Shown here piece by piece: positions 42,553 through 53,168 of a stretch of 64,000 bases of DNA. The translations under genes and the position numbers were made by a program. The first letter of the stretch is position 1; each line of letters opens with the position of its first letter. Source of the DNA: Gracilinanus agilis (lineage: Eukaryota); assembly GCF_016433145.1 (NCBI RefSeq), contig NC_058132.1:8523705-8587704 (forward strand), read 5' to 3'. The notes under the pieces were generated by a model. The model saw only the letters and a list, made by a program, of their open reading frames with translations. It did not search any database and was not told the DNA's origin.

Positions 42553-42567
42553 GCTGCCCCCTGGTGG
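42553..42567 (-). promoter_or_regulatory. Consensus CTCF core motif CCACCAGGGGGCAGC
   Basis: Plus strand GCTGCCCCCTGGTGG. Confidence 0.6.
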
Positions 42568-42934
42568 AGCAAATGGAGATGGCAGCAGCCAGCAGCACTG
42601 GGATGAGGAACCCAAACAAGGAAGCTCGCCACCTCCCAGGAAATCCCATTCCCCACAGCCTTCCAAGCAGCTGCTCTCTCTTTTCCACCCAAAACAGAAG
42701 AGCTAAAACTGTCTTGGCTTGTCCCAATGATCATCTCAGCCCTCAGTGGGCAGAAGAACCACCAAAGGGAAATGCTATTCCTGGTGGGATTCTCACGGAT
42801 GCTGGAAGCCAGGGTGGAACTGGGAGCGAAGGCCACGTCCTTCCGTCCTTCCTAGAGTTTGTGTTGAGGAAGGAGAGAGAATCTCTAGACTCTGGAAAAG
42901 CAGATTTCAAAGAGTTTGTGGAAAGAAATGTGGG

Positions 42935-43130
42935 GGGGCAGCTGGGCAGCTCAGAGGATAGAGAGCCAGGCCTAGAGAAGGGAGGTCCTGGGTTCAAATC
43001 TGACCTCAGACACTTCCCAGCTGTGTGACCCTGGACAAGTCACTTAACCCCAATTACTTAGCCCATACTGCTCTTCTGCCCTGAAACCCATACACAGTAG
43101 TGATTCTAAGATGGAAGATGAAGGTTAAAA
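42935..43130 (+). mobile_element. Marsupial SINE (SINE1_Mdo/MAR1-like)
   Basis: gggggcagctgggcagctcagaggatagagagccaggcctagagaagggaggtcctgggttcaaatc... Confidence 0.85.
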
Positions 43131-43327
43131 AAAATGCTAAAACTCAGAATGAGATCAGCTTCAACAAGCCAACTAAGGATCAAAAAATGGGGTAGGCTTT
43201 TAAAAATGTATTATGTAATGTATTGTTTTATTATGTAATGTCACAACGATCCTAGGGCAGCTAGGTGGTGCAATAGATAGTGAAAGACCCGAGTTCAAAT
43301 GTGACCTCAGACATTTATTAGCTTTTG

Positions 43328-43595
43328 TGTAATTAGAAATCTTGAACCCTTGGACTCCATCTTCCAGAATTCTTTTTCATCTCCCAGAATCCTTTTCTCT
43401 TCGTCCATGTAGCATCCTTACCTATCGTGAATAAATTTGCGGTAACCCTGCCCACTCGCTCTCTTCTCTCCTGACTACAGCTGGGTTAGCTCCCTATTTA
43501 CTCTAGCTTTGAATTTCCTTTACTTCAAGTTACTATTAATAAATCCCATTAAATATAATACTTGGAGATATTATATATTAATTTTTAAACGTACA
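43328..43595 (+). mobile_element. Solo LTR (family A) inserted into a MAR1/MIR SINE
   Basis: SINE sequence ...cctcagacatttattagc is interrupted and resumes at ctgtgtgac...tgtttgcctcagttcctcatctgtaaaatga. The insert runs TGTAATTAG...GTACA with an AATAAA. Confidence 0.7.
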
Positions 43596-43717
43596 CTGTG
43601 TGACGGAGAGCAAGTGTTTTATCCTGTTTGCCTCAGTTCCTCATCTGTAAAATGAACTGGAGAAAGGTAACAAGCAAAAGATGGAATGACTGATGAAACA
43701 AAGGTCTGATCTTCTGA

Positions 43718-44416
43718 GTGTGTTTATTTATTAAGAAATGTATGCCAATTGCCTAACAAATCGGGACGAGGCCCCTTCCTCAGTTTAGAGCTGGACCCGG
43801 ACTGCAGGAGGAGACGGACCTTTATAAATTAAAAATGCTCAGCTAAAACCAGACAATTAAAAGGAAACAATACAAATTAAGTCATCTGATTTCTAATTGG
43901 AGAAAGATGAGGGACTTTCCAAGTTGGGGTGAGAGGAGAGGGGAATAAACAGGTGTAATTGTCCCTGAATTCAGGAAAAGAGATGTCCCACTCCCCCGGA
44001 GGATCTGTACGCAATCAGAGGAACGTGGAAAGGGTCACTGATTGGTCAGTAGGAGGCCAGTTTCCAGATAAGACCTGGGTGGCTTGACATGTACAATTAG
44101 GAGAAAGCTCCTTGCATCAGTCTTAGGATCTGACTGCATTTCGGGCCAAGACCACCTAGTTCCTTGGTTAGGGTCTCTAAACAACAGGTACCGACGGTCT
44201 GGCTTCTCAGCCACACAGGGCTAGGTTTCCTCTCAATTCCTACAACTGAATACACTTTTCTCGCCAGACAGACAATGATTCAATATCATTGAATAAAAAG
44301 GGAAGTGAGCTTGTTGCAGAATGGAGCCACGAATTGGAGTCAGTGTGCTTCGCTCAGATCTCACAGTTCACCCCTTGCTGTCCTGAGCTCCTCCATTCCC
44401 TTGTAGAAGGAAATGG
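43718..44416 (+). mobile_element. LTR-like element (family B), copy 1
   Basis: Homologous to 49030-49521 in the opposite orientation; AATAAA at 44292-44297; runs into a gap. Confidence 0.6.
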
Positions 44417-44584
44417 NNNNNNNNNNNNNNNNNNNNNNNNNNNNNNNNNNNNNNNNNNNNNNNNNNNNNNNNNNNNNNNNNNNNNNNNNNNNNNNNNNNN
44501 NNNNNNNNNNNNNNNNNNNNNNNNNNNNNNNNNNNNNNNNNNNNNNNNNNNNNNNNNNNNNNNNNNNNNNNNNNNNNNNNNNNN
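44417..44584. other. Assembly gap (N run)
   Basis: Run of N. Confidence 1.
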
Positions 44585-45149
44585 CCCCCATTGCCCACCC
44601 TTACCACTCTTCCACCTATGAGACAATACACCGAAGTTAAGGGTCTAAAAAAAAAGAATATATTTCCTCCCCACCACCACCCTCCCCGTAGCCGACATGC
44701 AATTCCACTGGGTTTTACATGTATCATTGGTCAAGACCTATTTCCATATTATTGATAGGCAAACCACTCTTGTATCTTTGCCAAGAAAACCTTAAATGGG
44801 CTCATGAAGAGTCAGACATGACTGCAACAACTCAAGAAGAACAACACTGTCCTGAGGGATGTCATCTCATCCCCTTTTTACAGATGAGGAACCTGAGGCT
44901 GATAGCAGATGAGACACTTACCAAAGCTCACACCATTAGGATCTAAGGTAGGATTTGAACTTGGACCTCCCTGGACTCCAGGCCAGGACTCTACATACTA
45001 TGCTATCCAGCTGTCTCTCTTGGGGGAAAAAAAATGGGGAATGAGCAAAGAAGGGACAGAAAGTTTGCTTGGAATGGACAGGAAAAGAATAAATGCAAAC
45101 GCAGAAAAGAGAACTTCTCACTTCCTGTTTTGTTTCTGGTCTGGCTGCC

Positions 45150-46500
45150 AGGAACGATGATCTTTGTCCAGGAAATGCCAGAACAAAAATGATTCATGGG
45201 GAGTTGGTCCCCAAGATAAGTGAGGAGATAGTCAGAGAGGCTCCCCCTGCTTTGGGGGAGTTCAAATTTCCTGTCCCAGATGAACCCCATCTCTGGGTCC
45301 TAAGAGTACTGACAAGCGTAATTGCTGAGTCAGTCACGGATAGTTGAGAGATTTAAGTGTCAGAAGATGGGAGGAGGGTAAATGTTGCCCTTTCCCCCCA
45401 GAAAACAGAAGAGAACATGTCTGTAAACCGTGGTAAGCTCATGAGCTGGACCTGGATTCCTAGGAAAGTTCTGGAAGGGTTCATTCAAGAGATGGTCATC
45501 AAACACCTACAGAGGGAAGCAGCGATTCCAAAGAGCCAACCAGGCTTCAGCAAGCACAGGTCATGCCAGACCAACCTTATTCCCATTCTTGGCAGTACTA
45601 CTAAGCTGAGGAACTACCATGGATACATTTTGTTGATAAAAGATTTTGATAAAATATCTCCTAGTTTTCTCACGGAGAAGATGGACCGGGTAATAGTGAA
45701 ATTAGATCATTAAGGTGGAAGGTAGGAGTCAGAGTAGCTGTTAATAGTTTGTAGGGCAACTAGGTGGCTCAGTAGATTGAGAGCAAGGTTTGGAGAGGGG
45801 AAGTCCGGTGTTCAAATCTGGCCTCAGATATTTCCTAGCTCAGTGACCCTGGGCAAGTCACTTAACTCCACTGCTCTTCTGTCTTGGGATCAGTAGATTC
45901 TAAGATGAAAAGTAAGGGTTGAGAGAGAGAGAAAGGAAGAAAGAAAGGAAGAAAGAAAGAAAGAAAGATGTAACCTTAATTGCCTAGCCCTTACTGTTTT
46001 TCTGCCTTGGAAATGATCCTTAGTATTGATTCTAANNNNNNNNNNNNNNNNNNNNNNNNNNNNNNNNNNNNNNNNNNNNNNNNNNNNNNNNNNNNNNNNN
46101 NNNNNNNNNNNNNNNNNNNNNNNNNNNNNNNNNNNNNNNNNNNNNNNNNNNNNNNNNNNNNNNNNNNNNNNNNNNNNNNNNNNNNNNNNNNNNNNNNNNN
46201 NNNNNNNNNNNNNNNNNNNNNNNNNNNNNNNNNNNNNNNNNNNNNNNNNNNNNNNNNNNNNNNNNNNNNNNNNNNNNNNNNNNNNNNNNGAGAGTATCCA
46301 GAGGAAGCTACCAGAATGGAGGACTTTGAGCAAATAACATAGGAAGGGACCGAGTTGTTTGAGTGTGAAAAAGAGGGGGCACACGAGAGGTGCCTTTGAG
46401 TATTTGAAGGACTATCTTGTGCCCTCAGAGGGAAAAACAAGAAGTGGTGAGTGGAAGTTGTATGGATACAAACTTAGACTTGATATTAGAAAACTTCTTT
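45150..46500 (+). mobile_element. L3/CR1 LINE reverse-transcriptase and 3' remnants, split by a SINE and a gap
   Basis: ORF remnant HRSCQTNLI resembles the CR1 SCxTNLI motif; ccagatgaac...catc...gggt...aagagtactg pattern. CR1 3'-type sequence resumes after the gap (agagtatccagaggaagctaccagaatg). Confidence 0.75.
46036..46289. other. Assembly gap (N run)
   Basis: Run of N. Confidence 1.
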
Positions 46501-48249
46501 TTTTAATTCCTTACCTGCCATCTTGGAATTGCTACTGTGTATCGGTCCAAGGCAGAAGAGTGGTAAGGGCTAGGCAATGCGGGTTAAGGGACTTGCTCAG
46601 AGTCACACAGCTAGGAAGTATCTAAGGTCAGATTTGAACTCAGGACCTCCCATCTCTAGGCCTGACTCTCTATCCACTAAGCCATCTGGCTGCCCCCAGA
46701 AAACTTTTTTGATAATGAGAATGGTCCCAAGGTAGGATGGGGCCGCCTCAAGCAGTGGTGGACATCTCCGTCCTCGGAGGTCTTCCAACAGGGATGCCGA
46801 GGATCCCTCAGGCGTACGGGTGGCCGTTCCTTCTCCGTAGCCTTGCTGGCTCATCACCCGTGTCTCCCACAAGTCTGTCCTGGATCCTCTTCTCCTCTCG
46901 CTCTTTACTTGCTTTCTAACTGATCTCATTAACGCTTCCAGGTTCAACGGTCTTCCAAAAAGCTTCTCCAAACGGTAAGTGATCCATAGTTATGAAGAGG
47001 CACTTTTTGAAAGGGGAGCCGCTGGCAGTCCCAGAATGCACCACAGCACTAACCCTAAGAGAAAAGGGTCCTCTCACGTCCATCACAGGGGCCAAGTTGA
47101 CTCCCGGGGAAGATGAGGGCAGCTGGAGGGGCTGTCAGAAGTCGGGCACATCAATGCCCTGTGGGGGCAGGGGCCGCGGGGCCCAGATTTTCTAAAATCA
47201 AGTGGGTTTGCTCCATGAGTCACACCTCTTCTTTCTTAGGAGGGCTGGAAGGGACCCTGACCCAAGAGCCAGAGACCTCCAGTTCTTCAGATGTCTTTGT
47301 CTTCCTTCAAACTCGCTCCTCCCTGGGAGGAGAACATTCTGGGACTGGGCAAAAGCGATTCATCCTCAATTGAGCCAGTCGAGTCTGAATTCTTTGTTTG
47401 CAAACTGGGTGAGTCCAGAATGACTCCTGCTGTCAAAAGGGCACTCTGGAGGCCTGGGCCGGGGCCTCCCCCTGCAGTAAATCTCGACCTTTTCTCAAGC
47501 TGGAATCTTGGGGATCCCAGAAGGGAATGAGGAGCATGGGCAGGTTTGGGGGGGTTCCCCAGGACTGCCAGAGCTCCTAGCGCGTGCGTCCCCTGTTCCC
47601 CCCATCGTCCCACCGGCCGTCAGGGTAGGAGAGGTCTCCTTCCCCTTCTGGGACACCCCGGTCAAGTCCGGAAGGGTAGCCGGGCACTCTGGGTAACGAA
47701 TGGTGCCTGACAGTTTCCTGTGTGAGTAAATGTAGAACAATGTGAGCATTTGCTAATGCAGAGCTGATGGGCCAGGACGGAACAGAACAGAACAGCCAGT
47801 GCAGCCTGGGCCACTGATTAATAATGCTGGTTCTGCAATTCAGGCTGGACTAATGCTGGAACCGCAGCCTGAGAAGCACAAGATTTCCCAGTCCGATGGG
47901 GCCTCTTAGGGCCCCTCACCGCCCCCTGCCCACCTCCATCACCTGCACCCTCTGTGCGTGCTGGCAAGCAGGGAATAGGGCAAAGGAGTCTGGGCTTGCT
48001 CCATCCCCTAGTCCTTCTGGGTGCCTTCCTGCCTTAGGGACGGAAGGGGTGCCCAGCCCCCCCTTCCCCTCCCCCAGATCCAGGGACCCCAGCAGGGTAG
48101 GGACGAGAAGCAAACTAAAGGGCTTTCAGAAGTGCCTACTTCCAGCAGTGCCTCTCGTCCCAGCAGAGCTAGGGAAGGGGAGGGGTGCACGCCTCTTTTG
48201 GGGGGTTTCTGAAGCTTGCAGCCCTTGGGGTCTGAGGGCCAAAGGGACC

Positions 48250-48900
48250 CCCGCACACTCGGCTTCTTATAAGAGCCGTCCTGCTCCGACTGCCAAGCCC
48301 TTGCCATCTTCTGGTCCCTCCGCCATGCCATGCTCCCTGGCTGCCCCGAAGGCTTGTTCTGAGCCCTCTTCTCTTTTCCTAACGCGTGTGGAGGGCTCCC
48401 CAATTCCCAAGGATCCAATTCTCGTCTCAGTGCCGAGGACTCCCACAACTGCCCACCCAGCCTGTCTCTCTGGAGCTCCAACTGCCCGCTGGTGCCTCCC
48501 ATCAGCATCTCAAACTCATCGTGCCCCAAAGAGGACAGAAGGTGCCCCACCGGCCCCTGCCTCCTCCTAACCTCCATTTCTGTCCTCACTCCCCCTCCCT
48601 CACTTCACCCAGCCCAGATGCCTTCTGAGATTTCTGCTTTATCTCTGCACTCTCACAGTCCAGCCCACCTTCATCACTCCTGGAGTATTAAAAGAGCCTC
48701 CTAATTGGCCTCCCAACTGCCGGAGTGACTCGTGCAATGGCGAGCGAGGTGTGATCATGGCACCCCCTTGCTCAGTAGCCATCAATTGCTCCCTCTTAAT
48801 TCTGGGATAAAACAGAGCCCCCCCTTCCCAGATGTTTAGCCCTCAGACATTCCAACCAAGCTGGCCTAAGGGCTGCTCCCACCCCACCTGGCACATCTTT
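48250..48900 (+). mobile_element. L2 LINE fragment (a second piece lies at about 46740-46960)
   Basis: gagccctcttctctttt...ggactccca...catcagcatctcaaactc...agcctcctaattggcctccc follows the L2 consensus order. Confidence 0.65.
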
Positions 48901-49029
48901 GTAAGAAAACTGAAGGGACTGAGGGCAAGTGGTTAACTGTGGGGAAGAAGTGGACCCCACTGACTCCCCCGCGCGACTCCGTTCTGGAGCTAGCCCAGTC
49001 CCCTTGCAGGGATGGGCCTGGCCCAAATT

Positions 49030-49521
49030 CTGACTTGAGAAAAGTGTATTCAGTTGTGGGAATGGAAGGAAACCTCATTGCATTGTTTGAACCCTGCCCT
49101 ATGTTCCTGCTGCTCGGAGACCCTTCCCGGAGGGCCTGTGGCATCTTTAGGTCCAAAGATGAAGGGAAAGTGTTTTCTCCCAGCTGTGCGTCTCAGCCGA
49201 CCTGCCTGTCTCATCTGGAAGCCGGCCCGTACGGACCCCTTCTCGGTACCATGTCCTTCGGACTGCTCACGGGCACTGCCCAGAGGGACAACTTCTTCCT
49301 GGGCTCAGGGAATTGTGCCTCCCGGGCCGGACAGTCCCTAACCTTTCCTCTGAAAGGAAACCAGGTGACCTAATGAATTGTTTCCTTTTAATTATGGGGT
49401 CTTATTTGATTGTTTTTAATGAATGGAAATCTGTCTCCTCTTGTGTTTGGGTCCAGTCCCAAGTTGCCGAAGGGGCCCAGGCCTGATTCGTTGGGTGGCT
49501 GGCACACATTGCTTAATAAAT
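49030..49521 (-). mobile_element. LTR-like element (family B), copy 2, inverted
   Basis: Shares tttattaag(c/a)aatgt, aattaaaaggaaa and an exact 20-mer CAACTGAATACACTTTTCTC with copy 1. Confidence 0.6.
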
Positions 49522-49859
49522 CGCCACCTGGAAGATTCGTTTCCTCCAGCTTTTCCTCCTCACGTCTTCCAGCTCATCTTTTCCTCCTGACTCTAGTTGT
49601 CAGGGCTTTCCCTCCCCAAACACCTCTGTTCACTGGACTGTGTTCTCAGTGGTCTCCTCAGACCCCAGGAGAATAAAGACTGCCCGAGGGCAGGATTCCC
49701 GGGACCTCACCAGGGTCTGGCATACAGCAGGTCCCTGAACTCTGCTACCACCCACCCAGGGGCCCTGGAGTTTCCTCCTAATCACCCCCAAGAGCCCTGC
49801 TTTTCCTGGAGCTAGGCCTCAGCCCCAACTCACACAAGTGTTCTTCCAGATAAAAATAG

Positions 49860-49865
49860 TTTATT
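49860..49865 (-). terminator. PIH1D1 polyadenylation signal AATAAA
   Basis: TTTATT on the plus strand, about 75 nt past the stop. Confidence 0.75.
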
Positions 49866-49940
49866 TTACAGTCAAGGGAAGGAGAAGCAGGCAGGCGATG
49901 CGATGCCCAAGAATCATCCATGGAGTCCAGGTCCTGCCAC

Positions 49941-52358
49941 TTAGGAGCAGGCTGTCTGCAGGGGCATGGAGATCATCAGGGTCTGGAGGAGAGAAGAAGG
50001 CACTGAAGAGCCAGGTAGCCCTCCCAGGGCTTGGAGCTTGGGGCCTGGGATCCAGGCCAGTCTACCTCTAGCCCCAGGGTCTCCTGGGCCTACCTTGCTC
50101 TTCTGGTTGAAGGCAGCTCGGCACTGTTCCTGGTCAATGTCATGGGGGACAAAGATGTCCATGTGATAGGGAGCTCCTGGTGCCCCCAAAATCAGTCGAT
50201 CCCCCCCCAGCTGAAGTGAGAGCTCCCGGGCAGAGGTCTGGAACAGACAGATACAAGTCCTGGGCTTGCCCCCCGCTGCTGGCTCACTCTTCCTGAGCAC
50301 TAGGCCCCCTAGGCTTCTGGGCCTGGCTCCTCTCCCCATCCCAAACAAGCGCCATCCTATGCACTTACCACCTTGGGCAGGACCACCTCAGCCAGGAGCA
50401 GGTCTGGGGCCTCTAGCCAGAGCCTCAGAGGGAGATCTTCAGTGCTGCGGGGTGAGGAGAGATAGGCTGGATCAATCCACAAGCACTTACCAAGGGGCTA
50501 CAAAGGCCAAGATGGAATAGGCTCTGTCTGCAGAGAGCTTCCATTCTTTTCCCAAAGATCCACCTTCTCCCCCTTCCTCCTCTCCCCATCTGTCCACTAA
50601 CAAAATTCCCACTGCAGACACGGACAGCGAAGCAAAACCCATTCCTGGATTATGCGTCCTCTCAGACACAACAGGTGCCACAGAAAACAGACGAGGACAG
50701 AACCGAGCAGGGCTGCATGCAGGCAGGGGGTCCCTTGTGCCCCCAGCCCTTCTCACCCATCTCCAAGTTCCTGGATAGTCGGGGGGCGTGACTGGCTCTG
50801 GGTTCGGATGTTCTGCTGGGAGATGGAACCCAGGAAGGGCCGGTACTTTAGCAGGCGCCACTCTGTGGGCAGTGAAGCATGGGCATCAGGGGGCAGCGCC
50901 TGGCCTCCCCTCAGCCCTCCTAAACACCAGACCTCAGACCCGAGAGGAAAGCCTCACCTCTGTTGAGCTGAGTCCCATATTTGTCCTCTAAGCCCTCCAT
51001 TGCCACCATGACAAAAAACTCCAAGAAGAAGTCATTACTCTGGGGAAAGATGAAGAGACATTCCTCATAGCCTGAACCCCTCCCTCAGGGTCTTTCTGGA
51101 GCACTTGAACTCCCTCAAATCCCACTGCCAGGCTCTTGCCCCTGCTCATCCCTGCTCCCTAGGCCCTGAACTCCTATAGTTTCTCTGGCCCAATTCTTCC
51201 TCTGGCCACCCCCAACCCCGCACACTCTCTGTAGCCCCTGCCCGTACCCGCAGCTTCTTATAGAAGTCACTGTTGATGGCGACGTCATAGGCCGTGCAGC
51301 CGTTCCCTCCTAGCAGGGATGAGGAAGACAGATGTTGAGGGGTGAGGCCTCCCCCAGCCCTGGTGTGGAGATGGGACAGAGACTAGGGCAGAGATCTAGG
51401 GAGGGAGATAAAGAGACCTGGGGCAATAAAACAGAGAAAAGAGGATGAAGACAGAGAGAGATGAAAGGAGAGAACCACCCAGACCAGAGACAGACAGATG
51501 GGACACAGAGATACCCAGACTGTGCCTGGGAGGTGCTGGGAGTGGCCTGACTGGGGAGCAGAGGCCAGGGCCTGGATGGGAGGCTGGGAGGGGCTGAGGT
51601 CCAGGCCCACCTCGGTCCAGTTCTGCATGGGGCTCTCCTAGGCTCATGGGGATTCGGAAGGCAGCCTGGTCTCCCTCGAGCACGCACAGCAGCTCCTGCT
51701 CACTGAGATCAGCTGGGGCTGGGATGGAGTCTGATTGACAGACATTGATGAAAACCTTTCCTTCTGGGGAGCGAGTCTTGACACAGAAACCTGGCAAGAA
51801 TGACCAAGACAGGTGTCCAAACAGACGAAGGGGCAGGGAGCTGGAGACCATCCCCCAAACCAGCTCAGGTAGAGACACACAGACAGGGCTACGAGCAAAC
51901 AGAAATCCAGGCTGGGGAGTGCCAGCTCAGTTGGCTGTGGCCCCCAGCCCAGATCCTGCCTTGTCGTACCCCTGTGTCTGGGCTCCTTCCCTCCCCTGCA
52001 TCTTTATCTGGCCAGATAGATCTCTGGTCTCCTGCCCCCCTGTTCCAGGTTTCCTGTCTCTGCCCCCGATCCTTGGCCCCTTACCAGGCTTGGGCTGGAT
52101 CTGCTGGGAGTCAGGCATGGGTGACTTGGCATTCAGGATCTTCTGCATGGCCTGAGGGAATATGGATCCCAGAGTCACCAGGCCTGAACCTCCACCACCT
52201 GAACCACAATTCCCCCCTGGACCCCTACCCACCTGCAGCAGCATCTTCTCACACAGGCCCCTGTTCTCCTCCTCAGCCTCTGCCCGGGCCTCCTCCCTCA
52301 GCTCTGCAGCCAGCAAGGAGCTGTCCCGGCCTGGGCCTGGGCCTGAGCCTGAAGCCAT
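49941..52358 (-). CDS. PIH1D1: PIH1 domain-containing protein 1 (R2TP subunit), 9 coding exons, 294 aa
   Basis: Exons 52358-52233, 52151-52085, 51790-51611, 51309-51248, 51039-50958, 50862-50757, 50444-50369, 50237-50094, 49982-49941; 885 nt in frame. PGFCVKT..EGKVFINVC, FRIPMSLGEPHAELD, AYDVAINSDF, EGLEDKY, RPFLGSISQQNIR. Probable non-coding exon 1 ends at 52883. Confidence 0.94.
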
Positions 52359-52882
52359 GGTCATGGAGAGGGGGGATGCTGTGGTGCTTGGAGATCCTCT
52401 AGCCCTAGGCAGCCCCAGGAAGGACTTAGAGCTAGACCACCTGCAGGACACACAGGACACAAGGGTGGGGGTGGGGACCGCCCCCCCAGGATGCTTAGAG
52501 ATCCTCTAGCTGGACACACTAGGGGGTCTGGGCTTACATAGGGGGTGGGGACCCCCCCAAGAGACCAGCACTTGCTTCCTCCCCTCCCCAATCAGGCCCG
52601 AAGGATGCTCGGCGAACCAGGGAGGGGAAGTTGCAAGTCCCCCAAGTAAAGGCCAAATCAGAGACCCTCACTGGTGGGAGGGCTCTGCCCGGTGGCCAGT
52701 CCTTTCCTGGTTCCAGGACTAAAGGAGCCTCAGCGAAGCAGAATGGGACTCCTGTGTGTGTGTTTGGGGGAGGCGCCCGCCCCCTTCCCAGCATGCCAGG
52801 GGCTGCCGAATAAAGAACCCTCGGGGATTCCAATCCTTCACACCAGGTAGCCAGAGGCTGGGAGGGGGGAGGCGGGACTCAC

Positions 52883-53168
52883 GAACAAACGGCTCAGACC
52901 GTAGCCCTGGACGACCCCGACTTCGTTGGCTAGCAAGGCTGGCCGTCACCTAGGAAGCAACACATCCTGCGTCAGGCCACACTTCCGGCCTAAGGCCCCG
53001 CCCCTCCGCTATCGGCGCCACACTTCCGGTCTGTCTCCGGGAGCCAATGGGAGGCGGCCGCGGGCAAGGGAGGCGGGGCGTGCGGCGGAGGGAGGCGGAG
53101 CCCGACGGAGCCACTCTCAGTGTCCCTGGGCAGCAGCCCGGGCGGCTGGCCTGGAGCAGGCGGGAGTC
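52883..53168. promoter_or_regulatory. PIH1D1/ALDH16A1 bidirectional promoter
   Basis: CpG island with two CACTTCCGG ETS/GABP motifs (about 52980 and 53022), CCAAT near 53044 and GC boxes, between divergent genes. Confidence 0.8.

Noticed and set aside
42441-42727. Signal-peptide-like minus ORF (MGFPGRWRASLFGFLIPVLLAAA...) and a plus mini-exon (MGSRGGLQAVPWVSQ|GTGAGT)
   Set aside because: The first stops after about 38 codons with no good donor; the second has no identifiable downstream exon. Neither resembles a protein I know.
43210-43239. Two perfect ATTATGTAAT D-box matches 20 bp apart
   Set aside because: Inside an AT-rich simple-repeat patch between SINEs and far from any promoter; probably chance.
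45093-45713. ORFs of 84 and 118 aa
   Set aside because: Decayed L3/CR1 reverse-transcriptase sequence, not a host gene.
44289-46440. ORFs containing X runs
   Set aside because: Artefacts of translating through N gaps.
48260-48570. TATAAG followed by an ATG-initiated ORF, suggesting a small gene
   Set aside because: Lies within an L2 fragment.
50491-50527. 37-nt version of the PIH1D1 microexon
   Set aside because: It would shift the frame; only the 33-nt version is compatible.
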